IMG/VR virus record: IMGVR_UViG_3300045988_082633
Length of the DNA: 64,000 nucleotides
Direction: 5' to 3' (one strand)
From: a virus
In this document: positions 63,036 to 64,000 of the stretch, one piece after another
How positions within the stretch are numbered: position 1 is the first letter of the stretch
How the letters are laid out: each line of letters opens with the position of its first letter
Notes under the pieces: model-generated
Database searches by the model: none
Seen by the model: the letters and a program-made list of their open reading frames with translations, nothing else
Told to the model about the DNA's origin: nothing
Made by a program: the position numbers and the translations under genes

Positions 63036-64000
63036 ATGAGTAGATATACTGTTAACGGTGCTCCTTGGGCAATAGGAAAAAATGTTTCTGATTGCCATAG
63101 TTCTGCTGAAGTTATGCACAAAGCAGGTCTTGACTTTATTGTAGATAAATGTGAACTTATGGCTCGTATGCCATTTGGTATTAAACATAATAATATTGTA
63201 AATTCTCTTGCTGGAGAATTTGCTAAAGATGGAATGATTTATCGTGAATTATGTGGACATTATGCTACATATAGAGCTGATACTTCAGAACCATTAGGAC
63301 TTGTAAAAGCTAAATATGAAGTTGTTCAAAATATCGATGCTTTTAATTTCTTTGATGATGCTATTGGAGAAGGTATGGCTCGTTGGGATAAAGCTGGTAT
63401 TCTTGATAATGGTCGTAAAATTTATCTTAGTGCTAAACTTCCTGTAGAAACTCGTATTGGTGATGATCTGATTGATAATTATCTTGTATTTAGTAATAGT
63501 CATGACGGAACAAGTAGTGTAAATATAATGTTTACTCCACTTCGTGTAATTTGTACTAATATGCTAAATGCTGGACTTAAATCAGCTGATGCTTATATTC
63601 GTATTCGACATACAGAAGGTGCTAAACAAAAACTTCAACGTGGAGCTGAAATTCTTCGTATTGCTTGTAAACATGCTACAACAGTTCAAGAATATTATAA
63701 TGCTCTTCTTACAGTTAAAATGACAGATAAACAAGTAATGGAATATCTTGCTAATCTTCAACTTACTGAAAAAGAAAGAGAATTGCTTCTTGATTATGAT
63801 AAAGAAAATGGCTATAAAAAGTTACTTCTTAAAGATTATCGTACTATGGAAGTAACAGGAGTTAGTCAGCGTAAAGTAAATCAAATTGCAAGTATGTTTG
63901 AATATTATTGTGATGGAATTGGCCAAAAACATATTGCTGGTACTGCTTGGGGTGCTTATAATGCTGTTACAGGATTTTATTGTAACGTAGCTAACCTTGA
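63036..64000 (+). CDS. DUF932-family protein, truncated by the window edge
   Basis: My own translation from ATG 63036: MSRYTVNGAPWAIGKNV...YEVVQNIDAFNFFDDAIGEG...GRKIYLSAKLP...YLVFSNSHDGTSSVNIMFTPLRVICTNML...IRIRHTEG. The NSHDGS and RvVCxN blocks are characteristic of DUF932 as I recall it. Absent from the track because there is no stop within the window. Confidence 0.7.
   Translation, partial: MSRYTVNGAPWAIGKNVSDCHSSAEVMHKAGLDFIVDKCELMARMPFGIKHNNIVNSLAGEFAKDGMIYRELCGHYATYRADTSEPLGLVKAKYEVVQNIDAFNFFDDAIGEGMARWDKAGILDNGRKIYLSAKLPVETRIGDDLIDNYLVFSNSHDGTSSVNIMFTPLRVICTNMLNAGLKSADAYIRIRHTEGAKQKLQRGAEILRIACKHATTVQEYYNALLTVKMTDKQVMEYLANLQLTEKERELLLDYDKENGYKKLLLKDYRTMEVTGVSQRKVNQIASMFEYYCDGIGQKHIAGTAWGAYNAVTGFYCNVANL

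Noticed and set aside
1-64000. Stop-codon reassignment (TAG or TGA recoding), reported for some crAss-like lineages.
   Set aside because: All large late and early genes (1515-aa tail protein, TerL, portal, capsid, helicase, ligase and others) are uninterrupted under the standard code. The only broken genes are explained by an intron or by homopolymer frame changes.
1-64000. tRNA, rRNA or tmRNA genes in the intergenic gaps (5971-6241, 25867-26226, 35538-36719, 41280-41555, 57082-57251).
   Set aside because: I could not find cloverleaf-compatible sequences (no GTTCRANYC T-loop box with matching acceptor arms) by eye. This is a weak negative; tRNAscan-type software should confirm it.

Overview
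AT-rich (roughly 30% G+C by eye) dsDNA phage sequence. Gene content and layout match what I recall of crAss-like podophages (Crassvirales) of Bacteroidota; this assignment is from recall, not a search. Two divergent gene blocks meet at a ~1.2 kb non-coding control region (35538-36719).

Left block (1-35537, all genes on the minus strand): small late genes, a PD-(D/E)XK nuclease, a putative lysis cassette, large terminase, an HExxH mini-protein, portal, a scaffold-like protein, major capsid protein and head/neck proteins. It also holds very large tail/receptor-binding-type proteins (1515 aa, 751 aa, and one of more than 1200 aa running off position 1). Small terminator-bounded accessory units are interspersed.

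Right block (36720-64000, plus strand): first many small early ORFs. These include two GC-richer paralogues with private terminators, tandem mini-paralogues, and lipoprotein-like and acidic mini-proteins. Replication and nucleotide genes follow: Dda/RecD-like helicase, UDG-fold protein, and a family B DNA polymerase split by a ~1 kb group I intron carrying a GIY-YIG homing endonuclease. After these come an SF2-helicase-like protein, RecT-like annealase, SSB-like protein, Toprim primase, ATP-dependent DNA ligase, DUF3310-like, ThyX-like, thioredoxin-like and Gp157-like proteins, and DUF932 (truncated at 64000).

The standard genetic code fits all large ORFs. I recognised no tRNA, rRNA, CRISPR array, integrase or reverse transcriptase.

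Main unexplained signals:
1. A GC-rich motif CCCCCGTAGAA(G) occurs at least 11 times on both strands, inside genes (several reading frames) and between them.
2. A ~100-150 nt intergenic element occurs 2-3 times.
3. The divergent control region holds an AT microsatellite, ~120-nt-spaced degenerate repeats and a compound hairpin. Four CTCAAAAAAGCAAG boxes bracket a GC-rich early gene.
4. Two genes are broken at homopolymers (A10, T7), and removing one base would repair each.

Functional names come from motifs I can read in the translations plus recalled family knowledge. No database search was possible.
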